A DNA stretch of 64,000 nucleotides, from the NCBI GenBank assembly GCA_034429475.1, contig DAOUGD010000126.1, positions 32,818 through 96,817 on the forward strand. Direction: 5' to 3'. The notes under the pieces are model-generated. The model worked only from the letters and a program-made list of their open reading frames with translations. It searched no databases and was not told where the DNA came from. Source of the DNA: Anaerolineae bacterium (lineage in GTDB: Bacteria; Chloroflexota; Anaerolineae; B4-G1; SLSP01). Of this stretch, positions 28,421 to 37,804 are shown one piece after another; position 1 is the stretch's first letter, and each line of letters opens with the position of its first letter. The position numbers and the translations under genes were made by a program.

Positions 28421-29836
28421 ATGGGTAAAAACGACGCAGTCATTCAAGCCTTGCGCACGGCGTTGACGGTGACGCCGGAATCGGCGCCGCTGCACAAGCA
28501 TCTGGCCGACTTGTTGATGGAGGACGGCGCGGGGGCGGAGGCGATTGCCGAATACCGCCGCGCCCTCAGCCTCGCGCCGGAGGATGACGGGTTGAAGTTG
28601 ACGCTCGCCGAGGCGTACTATCGCCAGTCGCGGGCGGACGTGGCGCTGGTGATTTTGGAGGAACTGCTGCACAAACCGTCACCGCCGGCGCTGGCGTATC
28701 TGCTGGCGGCGCGCGCCTACCTGGCGACCGGCGATGGGCAGACGGCGACGGACGCCTACCGGCATGCGCTGCGGCTGGATGCTTCGCTGGCCGACGCCGA
28801 CCTGGCCGCGCGGTTGCCCGCTGCGACGCCCGTCACGGTCAAGCCGGAATCCGCCGTGTCGGGGACGGTGTTGGACGTGGCTGCCGGTGGCGTCCCCGTT
28901 GCGGACGACGCACGGGTGTTCGTCACGGCGGAGGAATCCGGCGGACCGCCCGCGGTGGACATCGAGCGCCCGACCGTCTCGTTCCAGAACGTGGGGGGGA
29001 TGGATAAGCTGAAGGAAGAAATCCGCCTGAAAATCATCTACCCGCTCGTCCACCCGGACATTTACAAGGCTTACGGCAAGAAGATGGGCGGCGGCATTTT
29101 GATGTACGGGCCGCCCGGCTGCGGTAAAACGTACCTGGCGCGGGCCACCGCCGGGGAAGTGCGCGCCGCGTTTATGGCCGTCGGCCTACACGACGTGCTG
29201 GATATGTACATCGGCCAGAGCGAGCAGAATTTGCACGCGATCTTCGAGGCGGCGCGGCGTCACGCGCCCTGCGTGCTGTTCTTTGATGAAGTGGACGCCC
29301 TCGGCGCGAAGCGTTCCGATATGCGCTACAGTTCGATGCGGCAGGTCATCAATCAGTTCCTCTCCGAGATGGACGGTGTGACCACGTCGAATGAAGGCGT
29401 GTTGATTCTGGCCGCCACCAACGCGCCGTGGCACCTCGATTCGGCGCTGCGCCGGCCGGGGCGGTTTGACCGGGTGATCTTCGTACCGCCGCCGGACGTG
29501 CCCGCGCGCGCCGCCATCCTGCAATTGATGCTCGCCGACAAGCCCACGCAGTCCATTGACTACGGGCGGCTGGCGCGCGAGACGGAGGGCTTCTCCGGCG
29601 CGGACTTGCGCGGCATCGTGGACGTGGCCGTCGAGGGCAAGCTGCGCGTGGCGATGCAGACCGGCATCCCCAAGCCGCTGACGACGGACGACCTGCGGGC
29701 CGCCCTCAAAGCCGCGCGCGCCACCACCCAGGAATGGTTCGAGACCGCCCGCAACTACGCCATCTACGCCAACGAAGGCGGCACTTACGATGAGGTGCTG
29801 GACTATTTGAAGGTGGCGCGGAAGGGAAAGTTGTGA
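28421..29836 (+). CDS. TPR-repeat AAA+ ATPase (CDC48/FtsH-type ATPase module)
   Basis: N-terminal TPRs with canonical Walker A (GPPGCGKT) and Walker B (VLFFDEVDAL). Confidence 0.75.
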   Translation: MGKNDAVIQALRTALTVTPESAPLHKHLADLLMEDGAGAEAIAEYRRALSLAPEDDGLKLTLAEAYYRQSRADVALVILEELLHKPSPPALAYLLAARAYLATGDGQTATDAYRHALRLDASLADADLAARLPAATPVTVKPESAVSGTVLDVAAGGVPVADDARVFVTAEESGGPPAVDIERPTVSFQNVGGMDKLKEEIRLKIIYPLVHPDIYKAYGKKMGGGILMYGPPGCGKTYLARATAGEVRAAFMAVGLHDVLDMYIGQSEQNLHAIFEAARRHAPCVLFFDEVDALGAKRSDMRYSSMRQVINQFLSEMDGVTTSNEGVLILAATNAPWHLDSALRRPGRFDRVIFVPPPDVPARAAILQLMLADKPTQSIDYGRLARETEGFSGADLRGIVDVAVEGKLRVAMQTGIPKPLTTDDLRAALKAARATTQEWFETARNYAIYANEGGTYDEVLDYLKVARKGKL

Positions 29837-29845
29837 GACGAACTG

Positions 29846-29902
29846 CGAATTACGAATTACGAATTACGAATTACGAATTGCGAATTGCGAATTGCGAATT
29901 AC
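29846..29902. repeat. 8-mer tandem repeat (CGAATTAC / CGAATTGC x7)
   Basis: Read directly from the sequence. A similar array is at 60582-60646. Confidence 0.7.
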
Positions 29903-29920
29903 GTGCTGAGGTAGGCAACG

Positions 29921-31219
29921 ATGCAACAAGTGATCACTGATTTGGCGCGGGCGCAGGCTTTGGTGGATACGCGGCGGTACAAGGACGCTGAATCCGTGCT
30001 GCGGCGGGCGCTGGCGCAGGCGCCGCTGGCGGCGGAGGCGCATTCGCTGCTGGCGTTCACGCTCTATCACCAGGATCGCAACGAGGAGGCGCTGCTCGAA
30101 GCGCGCACGGCGGTGGGGCTGACGCCGGACGCCGCCGGCCCACATTACGTCGAGGCAGTGGTGCTGCTGGACATGGGGCAGCTCGATCCGGCGCTCCGCG
30201 CGATCAAGGAGGCGTTGCGGCTGGACCCGGAACGGCCGGCCTATTACGCCGTGCAGGGTCACATCTACGAGCGCAAGAAGGAGTGGGGGGCGGCCCTGCG
30301 CGCGGCGGAAGCCGGCTTGCAGTTGGATCCAACGCACGTCGGCTGTATAAACTTGCGGGCGATGGCGCAGGTGGGCCTGGGACGCGAGGACGCCGCCGGC
30401 GCGACGCTCAAGGCGGCGCTGGCGCAGGAGCCGGAGAACGCGCTCACACACGCCAACCAGGGCTGGGCGATGCTTCACCAGGGGCAATACGAGCAGGCTT
30501 TCATCCACTTCCGCGAGGCGCTGCGCCTGGATCCGACGTTGGAATGGGCGCGCGACGGCATCGTGGAAGCGATGCGGGCGCGCAACCCGCTCTACCGCCC
30601 GATCTTGATGTACTTCCTGTGGATGTCGCGCCTGACGACGGGGGAGCAGTGGGGCGTGATTGCGGCGCTCTCCGGCGTGCGGCGCGTATTGCGCATCGTC
30701 GCCCAGCAAGTGCCGGCGCTTTACGTGATCGCGATTCCGTTTTCGCTGCTGTTCGCCCTGTTCGCTTTTCTGACGTGGACGGGCCGCCCGCTGTTCGCGC
30801 TCGTCCTGCGGCTGGATCGGTTTGGCCGGCTGGCGCTGTCGCGGGAAGAGATCGCGGCATCCAACTGGGTGGGGGCGTGCTTGCTGGCGACGTTGCTTTC
30901 AGGGGCGGCGGTCGTGCTGGCGGTAATCCCGACGGGATTGTGGGGTTGGCCGCTGCTTTCGCTGCCCTTCCTGGCGTTCTCGCTGGCGAGCCTGCTGTTG
31001 ATGATGCCGGTGGCGGGCGTGTTCCGCGTCAAATCGGGGTGGCGGCGCGGTATCTTGACCACCTACACGCTCTTCCTGGTCATCACTGCGTTGGTGATGT
31101 TGGGCTTTGGGTTGACGACGACCCCCTGGGGCTACGGCATCGCCATCATCGCCGGCGGGGTGTTTTTAGTGCTGTGGTCGCTGTATTCGTTGGCGGCGAA
31201 TATTCTGCTCTCGGTTTGA
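29921..31219 (+). CDS. TPR-repeat protein with C-terminal polytopic membrane domain
   Basis: At least 6 TPR-like repeats followed by 5-6 predicted TM helices. Confidence 0.6.
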   Translation: MQQVITDLARAQALVDTRRYKDAESVLRRALAQAPLAAEAHSLLAFTLYHQDRNEEALLEARTAVGLTPDAAGPHYVEAVVLLDMGQLDPALRAIKEALRLDPERPAYYAVQGHIYERKKEWGAALRAAEAGLQLDPTHVGCINLRAMAQVGLGREDAAGATLKAALAQEPENALTHANQGWAMLHQGQYEQAFIHFREALRLDPTLEWARDGIVEAMRARNPLYRPILMYFLWMSRLTTGEQWGVIAALSGVRRVLRIVAQQVPALYVIAIPFSLLFALFAFLTWTGRPLFALVLRLDRFGRLALSREEIAASNWVGACLLATLLSGAAVVLAVIPTGLWGWPLLSLPFLAFSLASLLLMMPVAGVFRVKSGWRRGILTTYTLFLVITALVMLGFGLTTTPWGYGIAIIAGGVFLVLWSLYSLAANILLSV

Positions 31220-31237
31220 TTCTTGATGGAATTTAGC

Positions 31238-31265
31238 TTGACAAAGCATGCAAATGCTGTATAAC
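31238..31265 (+). promoter_or_regulatory. sigma70-like promoter TTGACA-16 bp-TATAAC with a palindromic spacer (AGCATGCAAATGCT)
   Basis: Read directly from the sequence. A second palindrome, CAACAAGCCATTTGTTG, lies at ~31290-31310. Confidence 0.4.
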
Positions 31266-31408
31266 GTTTCAAGTTGGTGACTTTCCTGTAGTGTTTGCAA
31301 CAAGCCATTTGTTGTTTAGCGATTGCCTCACACAAAAGGAGGTGTGAAATCGAAACTACAACCTCTCCAAAGTCAGCTCCGCAGAAGAAATCTCGGTGGA
31401 ACAGGAAT

Positions 31409-32350
31409 ATGGTCTACAGTAACTTATCTTATCTGACCATGGTTTTGCCGGGGGCAATCTGGTTGTTTCTGTTCTCGTATCTTCCCATGCCGGGCATCAT
31501 TATGGCCTTCAAAACCTATCGGCTGGTCAAACCTCCCGCCGACGCTTTTATTCAAAACAAGTTTATTTACAGCCTGATTAAAAGCCCCTGGGTCGGGCTG
31601 GATAACTTCAGATACTTGACCCTGCCCACGAATGTAGACGCCACGTTGACGTACATCCGCAATACGGTTTTGTACAACCTGCTCTTCATGGTGGTGGGGT
31701 TGGTGCTTTCGGTGGCGCTGGCGGTCATGATTTTCGAGATGACCAACCGGTTCCTGGCAAAGTTCTACCACTCCGTTTTCTTCCTCCCCTTCTTTATCTC
31801 CTGGATCGTGGTCGCTTACGTGGTTTATGCGTTGGGCAGCTCGGAGGGGATCATCAACGGCATCATCGAGCCGCTGGGAATGGCGCCGATAGAAGTCTAT
31901 AAAGAAAAGGCTTTTTGGCCGTTCATTTTCCTGATAGCCAACATTTGGAAATATACCGGCAATGGGTCTATTGTTTACCTGGCCACCATTACCGGTATTG
32001 ATCGGGAGCTTTACGAAGCTGCGGCTATTGACGGCGCCGGGAAATGGAAACAGTTTACCAATATTACATTGCCCCACCTGATTCCGGTCATCGTGTTGCT
32101 GCAAATTCTGGCCGTGGGGCGTATCTTCGGGTCCGACTTTGATATGTTCTATACCCTCCCGAATGGCGCCGCGCTCGTCAGGGATGTCACCCAGACGTTG
32201 GATGTCTTTGTGTACAGCATGTTGCGGAGCAATCAGCCGCTTGGTTATCCTGCGGCGGCCGGGTTCTTGCAGTCTATTGTCGGCTTCGTTCTTATTCTGA
32301 TCACCAATACTATTGTGCGCAAGACCCGCCCGGAAATGGCCCTGTTCTAA
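31409..32350 (+). CDS. carbohydrate ABC transporter permease (MalF/LplB-type)
   Basis: 6 TM helices with an EAA-like loop. The ORF is open from 31295, with an AGGAGG at 31337 that is not followed by a canonical in-frame start, so the start is uncertain. Confidence 0.7.
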   Translation: MVYSNLSYLTMVLPGAIWLFLFSYLPMPGIIMAFKTYRLVKPPADAFIQNKFIYSLIKSPWVGLDNFRYLTLPTNVDATLTYIRNTVLYNLLFMVVGLVLSVALAVMIFEMTNRFLAKFYHSVFFLPFFISWIVVAYVVYALGSSEGIINGIIEPLGMAPIEVYKEKAFWPFIFLIANIWKYTGNGSIVYLATITGIDRELYEAAAIDGAGKWKQFTNITLPHLIPVIVLLQILAVGRIFGSDFDMFYTLPNGAALVRDVTQTLDVFVYSMLRSNQPLGYPAAAGFLQSIVGFVLILITNTIVRKTRPEMALF

Positions 32351-32364
32351 AGGACTGACCTGCT

Positions 32365-33327
32365 ATGAATATACCGATGAAATCCGAAACGCAATCAATG
32401 GGTAAGCTTTTTTCGTCAAAGAAGCCGCGACAGCAGCGAGATATGCTGGCCCTTTCACCAACGACCAATATGCTGTTTACTATCGTGCTGGGCGTGTGTT
32501 GCATCCTGACATTAATTCCCATTTACGTGATCGTCATGGCCTCGCTCACGTCGGAGGCTTCGCTGACGGCAGACGGCTACCAGTTATGGCCGAAGGAGTT
32601 TTCGGTCATGGCCTATAAGTTCCTTTTTAGCCAGGGTTCGATTGTCATTACAGCTTATAAAAACACGATTATCTCCACTGTGGCCGGCACAATCCTCTCT
32701 GTTTTCATGGTGGCGTTCTATGCCTATCCGCTTTCGAGAGACAATTTTAAGTTCAGAACCTTCTTCACCTTTTATGCTTTTTTCACCATGCTATTCGGCG
32801 GCGGACTGGTTTCCTATTACATGGTAACCCGGCAGATTTTGAAAATTCAAAACAGCCTGTGGGCTTTGTTCTTGCCCTCCGCTTTCAGCCCTTTCTGGGT
32901 GATTGTCATGCGCACTTTCTACAAGGCAAATGTGCCCAATGAGGTCATCGAGTCCGCCCGTATGGATGGCGCCAGTGAATGGCGCACGCTTTTCGAGATC
33001 GTTATGCCGCTGGCTATCCCCGGTCTGGCAACGGTGGCGCTGTTTAGCGCGATCGGCATTTGGAACAATTTCTTCAACTGTCTGCTGCTGGTGGACGAGG
33101 CGAAGTATTACAGTCTCCAGTTTACGATTTACACAACGTTGAACAATATTCGCTTCTTGCTTGAAAATGCGGATAAGATGCCGGGGATCGTCAACATTGC
33201 CGAACTTCCCTCGCAGACGTTCCGCATGGCGATGGCGGTCGTGACCGTTGGCCCCATTGTCTTCGCATATCCCTTCTTTCAGCGGTACTTTATTCGAGGG
33301 TTGACCATCGGCGCGGTTAAGGGATGA
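32365..33327 (+). CDS. carbohydrate ABC transporter permease (MalG-type)
   Basis: 6 TM helices with an EAA loop motif (ESARMDGASEWRTLFEIVMPLAIPGL). Confidence 0.8.
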   Translation: MNIPMKSETQSMGKLFSSKKPRQQRDMLALSPTTNMLFTIVLGVCCILTLIPIYVIVMASLTSEASLTADGYQLWPKEFSVMAYKFLFSQGSIVITAYKNTIISTVAGTILSVFMVAFYAYPLSRDNFKFRTFFTFYAFFTMLFGGGLVSYYMVTRQILKIQNSLWALFLPSAFSPFWVIVMRTFYKANVPNEVIESARMDGASEWRTLFEIVMPLAIPGLATVALFSAIGIWNNFFNCLLLVDEAKYYSLQFTIYTTLNNIRFLLENADKMPGIVNIAELPSQTFRMAMAVVTVGPIVFAYPFFQRYFIRGLTIGAVKG

Positions 33328-33346
33328 AACATAGGTTTTCTGTAGA

Positions 33347-33406
33347 GGGGATCAGGGATTAGGGATTGGGGTGGCCCGATCCTTAATTTCTAATCCCCGC
33401 CACTAT
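33347..33406. repeat. GGGATTAGGG palindromic element, copy 1
   Basis: GGGGATCAGGGATTAGGGATTGGGG ... CCTTAATTTCTAATCCCCGCCACTAT. A second copy is at 35950. Confidence 0.65.
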
Positions 33407-33559
33407 TTTCAGGGCGTTGGAGAGGAGGTGTCACAGAATGCTCGGAGTTCCTTGACGTAGCTAGGGACGGGCAGCCATAATGATGAATCAATGGGTTTGG
33501 AAGATAGATCAACTGTGTGTTGCTTAAATTCAATTAGCTCAAAGAAGGAAGGAGAAACT

Positions 33560-35149
33560 ATGTCTAGCAAATTGTCACGTCGTCAGTTTATGCAGGTCGC
33601 TGGTTTGACCACGCTCGGTGGCGCGCTTGCCGCTTGTGGTAAACCCACCGCAGAACCCACCCAGGCGCCGGCTGCCGAGGCTACGAAGGCCCCCGAGCCT
33701 ACCGCTGCCCCTCCCGCCGAAACCGCGATTCTCGACTACTACATCGTCGGCGCCGGAGATACCGATCAGCGCCCGCTGGTTGAAGCTGCGATCAACGAAT
33801 ACATTCAACCCCTGATCAACGCCAACGTGGTCTTCCACGTCATCGGCTGGGGCGACTGGGCTTCCAAGTCCGTGACCGGCATCCAGGCCGGTGAGAAGAT
33901 GGATATCTTCTTCACCGCCGACTGGTATTACTACATGCAGTTGACCACCGAAGGGCTGTTCACCCCGTTGAACGACAACGATGGGCCGAACGGCAACCTG
34001 CTCGAGAAGTACGGCCAGGGCATTTTGAAGAGCTTAAATCCCGCGTTCATCACCGGCACGCAGATTGATGGCGTCAACTACGCGATTCCCACCAACAAGG
34101 AACTGACCGTTCCCGAAGGATTCCTCTACAACGTCGCGTGGGCTGAAGAAATCGGTTTGACCGAGGCCGAAGCCGCCAAGGTCAAGAGCTACCGGGATAT
34201 GGAACCCTGGCTGGAAAAGGCCAAGGCCGCTCACCCGGATGAGTATCCCTACCTGACGGATGGGCGGGATGGCTTCTCGCCCTGGCCGCAGGACCTCGCC
34301 AGTGGCGTCAATGGGCAACTGATCAACATGAAGTTGGCTCCCGATGCGAGTGGCAAGTTCGATGAGACTATCCTTAGCGTGATGGAACAGGATGTGACCA
34401 AGGAACGCCTGATGATCATGCACGAATGGTACAAAAAGGGCTGGATTCACCCGGACGCCGGCCTGACCACCTTTGACACCAGCGTGTACCTGAATGCGGG
34501 TAAGTTCTTGATCGAACCGATGCCGCTGAAAGGCAACAACATCAAGGCGCAGGAAATGATGAACGCTTCCGGCAATGCTGATCTGAAGCTGAAGGAAATC
34601 TACGGTCAACCCAAGGTCAACATCACCACCCACGCCGGCGGCTCCATGCTCGCCATCCCCGCCATGTCCGAGTACCCGGTGCAGGCCATGCAGTACATCA
34701 ACCTGCTGCACACCGATCCGAAAGTGATCAATATGCAACTGTTTGGCGTCGAGGGCACCCACTGGGAATACGAGGCCGATGGCCGCGTGAACCTCATCAA
34801 CAGCGCGTGGTACGGCGCGCACGCCGGCGCGTGGACGGTGGGGAACACCATGCTCCAGGCCGTCACCAACAAGGAAGACCCGGACAAAAACCGGATGCTG
34901 ATCGAGTACTCTAACGATTCGATCAACCATGTGGCGCTGGGCTTCCGCTTCCGCACCGGCCCCATTGACCCCGAGCTGACCGCAGTGAATGCCGTCGTTG
35001 ATGGCATGAACCGGGCGCTACAGACCGGCTACGTGGATCCCGAAGTCGAACTGCCCAAGTACATTGAGGACTTGAAGGCCGCCGGCCTCGACAAGATCAA
35101 GGCCGAGGTCGAGAAGCAGTACGGCGAGTGGAAGGCGAAGAAGGGCTAA
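33560..35149 (+). CDS. extracellular solute-binding lipoprotein (ABC family 1, sugar)
   Basis: AAGGAAGGAG RBS, a Tat-like RRQFMQ motif and a LAAC lipobox. ~530 aa. Confidence 0.75.
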   Translation: MSSKLSRRQFMQVAGLTTLGGALAACGKPTAEPTQAPAAEATKAPEPTAAPPAETAILDYYIVGAGDTDQRPLVEAAINEYIQPLINANVVFHVIGWGDWASKSVTGIQAGEKMDIFFTADWYYYMQLTTEGLFTPLNDNDGPNGNLLEKYGQGILKSLNPAFITGTQIDGVNYAIPTNKELTVPEGFLYNVAWAEEIGLTEAEAAKVKSYRDMEPWLEKAKAAHPDEYPYLTDGRDGFSPWPQDLASGVNGQLINMKLAPDASGKFDETILSVMEQDVTKERLMIMHEWYKKGWIHPDAGLTTFDTSVYLNAGKFLIEPMPLKGNNIKAQEMMNASGNADLKLKEIYGQPKVNITTHAGGSMLAIPAMSEYPVQAMQYINLLHTDPKVINMQLFGVEGTHWEYEADGRVNLINSAWYGAHAGAWTVGNTMLQAVTNKEDPDKNRMLIEYSNDSINHVALGFRFRTGPIDPELTAVNAVVDGMNRALQTGYVDPEVELPKYIEDLKAAGLDKIKAEVEKQYGEWKAKKG

Positions 35150-35192
35150 AAACCCGTCGGTTGGGTTCGTAACCTGACCAGTGTTTAAAACG

Positions 35193-35232
35193 AAAGGGGC
35201 CGCCCTTGTCAAGGGGTAGCCCCTTTCCTTAT
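35193..35232 (+). terminator. hairpin AAAGGGGC ... GCCCCTTTCC after the binding-protein gene
   Basis: An inverted repeat followed by a TT-rich segment. Confidence 0.4.
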
Positions 35233-35283
35233 CTGATTGCGCAACTCCGCTTCTGAAAAACCGTATTAAAGAGTAACGCCGGT

Positions 35284-35311
35284 TTGACTTTCTTTTGTTC
35301 CCTTCTACAAT
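35284..35311 (+). promoter_or_regulatory. sigma70-like promoter TTGACT-16 bp-TACAAT
   Basis: Read directly upstream of the DUF4870 gene, which has an AAAGGAG RBS. Confidence 0.4.
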
Positions 35312-35386
35312 GAGGCCAGCAAGGGTAAGCATTCTGGCGTCTATGACCCAAAATCTATTCAATACTGAAAGGAGTTAAGAAGTAAA

Positions 35387-35725
35387 ATGGATCCGCAAAT
35401 GCAAATGGATGTAACGGATGATGATAAGTTATGGGCTATGTTGAGTTGGCTTCCGTACCTGGGCTGGATCGCGGCCCTGATCGTTGTTTTTACGGAGGAT
35501 AAGAAACAGCGTAAGTTCATGATGTACAACGCCGTGCAATCGCTCGCTCTGAGTCTGGTGGGTGGCGTCTTGACGGCGGTGCTGAGCTTTGTGGTGATCG
35601 GCTGTGTCATTGGCGTCGCCTGGCTTGTCTATGCCATCTATCTGGCGATTCAGGCCTACCAGGGCAACTGGGTCACAGTGCCGGTGATTACCGACTTCTG
35701 CAAGAACCAGGGCTGGATCAGCTAA
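35387..35725 (+). CDS. DUF4870-family small membrane protein
   Basis: 112 aa with 2-3 TM helices and the pattern LSWLPYLGWIAALIVVF ... KFMMYNAVQSLAL. Confidence 0.6.
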   Translation: MDPQMQMDVTDDDKLWAMLSWLPYLGWIAALIVVFTEDKKQRKFMMYNAVQSLALSLVGGVLTAVLSFVVIGCVIGVAWLVYAIYLAIQAYQGNWVTVPVITDFCKNQGWIS

Positions 35726-35740
35726 CTGGTTGCGAGTCGC

Positions 35741-35779
35741 AAAAACGGCTTCCCTTACTCCAAGGGAAGCCGTTTTTTT
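35741..35779 (+). terminator. intrinsic terminator (AAACGGCTTCCC-loop-GGGAAGCCGTTT + T7)
   Basis: A perfect 12-bp stem followed by TTTTTTT. Confidence 0.75.
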
Positions 35780-35806
35780 GACGCGCGTTCATCCGTGTGG
35801 TATACT
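35778..35806 (+). promoter_or_regulatory. sigma70-like promoter TTGACG-17 bp-(TGG)TATACT overlapping the terminator T-run
   Basis: Extended -10 with TGn; read directly from the sequence. Confidence 0.4.
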
Positions 35807-35814
35807 CCTCTGAA

Positions 35815-35893
35815 AATAAAGACTATTTCACGCAAAGGCGCAAAGACGCAAAGTAAAAAACAAGAACTTGGCGAGCTTGGCGTCTTTGCGTGA
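35815..35893 (+). ncRNA. candidate structured small RNA / leader
   Basis: A long hairpin with ~17-bp stem (ATTTCACGCAAAG(GCGCAAAG)ACGC ... GCGTCTTTGCGTGAAAT) and CGCAAAG x3 sits just downstream of the predicted promoter. There is no coding capacity. Confidence 0.25.
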
Positions 35894-35949
35894 AATTTTC
35901 ATTCGACCGCTGGTGAACGGCCGGTTAATGATGAATTCCCTTGAAAATT

Positions 35950-36005
35950 GGGAATGGGGATTAGGGATTAGGGATTGGGTACCCCCAATCCCTAATCCCC
36001 ACTAT
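35950..36005. repeat. GGGATTAGGG palindromic element, copy 2
   Basis: GGGAATGGGGATTAGGGATTAGGGATTGGGT ... CCCCAATCCCTAATCCCCACTAT. Confidence 0.65.
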
Positions 36006-36073
36006 CTAATCCTCCCGTGTTTTACGTTTTACGAAATGGGGTAGATAGTGTGCTCCCCAGATTGGAGTATCTG

Positions 36074-37792
36074 ATGGAAACTTTAGGCATCAAACGCTGG
36101 CAGATTGCCCCGCCGGCGCCAGCGGCTTTCTTTGAGCGGCTGCCGGCGATTCATCCTCTGATCGCGCAAATCCTTTACAACCGCGGAATCACTGAGACCG
36201 ACGCCGTGGCCGCCTTCCTGGATTGTCAACTTGTCGCCGACAACCCATTTCAGATGCATGGGATGGAAACGGCGGTCAGGGTGGTGCGCCAGGCGGTGGC
36301 GCGCGGCGACCTGATCGTGGTATATGGCGACTACGACGTGGATGGCGTGACGGCGTGCGCGATTCTCATCCAGACGTTGCGCGCGCTGGGAGGTCAGGTG
36401 ACGCCTTACATCCCCAACCGCGAGGACGAAGGCTACGGTCTCAACAAGGACGCCATCACGCTGCTGTCGGAAGATGGCGCGCGCCTGTTGATCACGGTGG
36501 ATTGCGGGATCCGTTCGCTGGACGAGGTGGCGTGGGCGCGACGCCAGGGTATGCAGGTGATCGTCACCGACCACCATCATCTGGCCGACGCACTGCCGCC
36601 CGCCGACGCCGTCCTCAATCCCCGCCGCCCAGAGTGTCCCTATCCGTTCAAAGACCTAGCCGGGGTGGGGGTGGCCTACAAGCTGGCGCAAGCGTTGTTG
36701 CGCGTCAACCGGCAGTCGCCGCTGCCTACGACTCGCGCGGAATTGGACGAGGTCGAACTGCTCGACTTGGTGGCGTTGGGTACGGTGGCGGATATGGTGC
36801 CGTTGTTGGGCGAAAACCACGTCCTGGTCGCCAAAGGGGTAGAAGCCATCAACGCCGCCCGCCGTCCCGGCGTGAATGCCCTGCTGGCCGTGTCCGGCGC
36901 GGAGGTCGGGCAGGTCACGACCAACACCATCGGCTTCATGCTCGCGCCGCGCCTCAATGCGGCGGGACGTATCAGCGAGGCAATGACGGCCCTGGACTTG
37001 TTGTTGGCCCCGGATATGGCGTCGGCTATGCCGCTGGCGCAAGAATTGGATACCCTCAACCAGGAGCGGCGCACGTTGACGACCGATGTGCAGGATCGCG
37101 CGCGCGCCCTGATTATGGAGACGGACGAGACGCCGCCCCTGCTCTTTGCCGCTTCCGCCGATTTCCCCCACGGCGTGGTGGGATTGGCCGCCAGCCGCCT
37201 GTTGGACGAGTTCTACCGCCCGGCCATCGTCGTCTCCATTGAGGGCGAGTGGAGCAAAGGGTCGGCGCGCTCGATCCCGGAATTTCACATCACCCAGGCG
37301 TTGGATACGATGGCGGACATGTTGTTGCGTCACGGCGGCCACGCGGCGGCGGCCGGCTTCACCGTGCGGACGGAGCGGCTGCCAGAACTCAAGGCGCGGC
37401 TCCTGGCGTTGGCCCGCGAGCAACTGGCCGGCCTGATGCTGACGCCGACGTTCCAGGTGGATGTGGAGGTTCCGCTGGAGATGCTCTCGTGGGAACTGTA
37501 CCGGGAAATGGAAAAGTTACAGCCTTTCGGCTACGGCAACCCGACGCCGGTATTCGTCAGCCGCCGGGTGCGGGTGCGCAGCGCGCGCGCCGTCGGCGCG
37601 GATGGCCGTCACCTCAAGCTCTTCCTCTCCGACCAGCAGGGCCGGACGTGGGACGCCATTGCCTTCCGCCAGGGTGAATGGATCGGGCGATTGCCGGATT
37701 TGATTGATATCGTCTACGTGCTGAAAGTCAACGAGTGGAACGGGCGCGTCAACTTACAACTGGACGTGCATGACATTCACTTTTCCGAATGA
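36074..37792 (+). CDS. recJ: single-stranded-DNA-specific exonuclease RecJ (DHH/DHHA1)
   Basis: Motifs VVYGDYDVDGVTACAIL, ITVDCGI and VIVTDHH. Start chosen at METLG (the ORF is open from 36017). Confidence 0.8.
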   Translation: METLGIKRWQIAPPAPAAFFERLPAIHPLIAQILYNRGITETDAVAAFLDCQLVADNPFQMHGMETAVRVVRQAVARGDLIVVYGDYDVDGVTACAILIQTLRALGGQVTPYIPNREDEGYGLNKDAITLLSEDGARLLITVDCGIRSLDEVAWARRQGMQVIVTDHHHLADALPPADAVLNPRRPECPYPFKDLAGVGVAYKLAQALLRVNRQSPLPTTRAELDEVELLDLVALGTVADMVPLLGENHVLVAKGVEAINAARRPGVNALLAVSGAEVGQVTTNTIGFMLAPRLNAAGRISEAMTALDLLLAPDMASAMPLAQELDTLNQERRTLTTDVQDRARALIMETDETPPLLFAASADFPHGVVGLAASRLLDEFYRPAIVVSIEGEWSKGSARSIPEFHITQALDTMADMLLRHGGHAAAAGFTVRTERLPELKARLLALAREQLAGLMLTPTFQVDVEVPLEMLSWELYREMEKLQPFGYGNPTPVFVSRRVRVRSARAVGADGRHLKLFLSDQQGRTWDAIAFRQGEWIGRLPDLIDIVYVLKVNEWNGRVNLQLDVHDIHFSE

Positions 37793-37804
37793 TTGAAGAT
37801 TTTT

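Noticed and set aside
29846-29902. Possible CRISPR arrays at the tandem-repeat loci (also 18771-18826, 40470-40602, 60582-60646)
   Set aside because: Repeat units are only 7-8 nt and directly abutting with no unique spacers of 25-40 nt. There are no cas genes. These are simple tandem repeats.
31295-31408. Longer N-terminus for the first ABC permease starting at ATG 31295
   Set aside because: The upstream 38 codons have low GC3 and include the AGGAGG box itself. No canonical in-frame start follows that SD. ATG 31409 directly before the first TM helix was preferred, though an upstream non-canonical start cannot be excluded.
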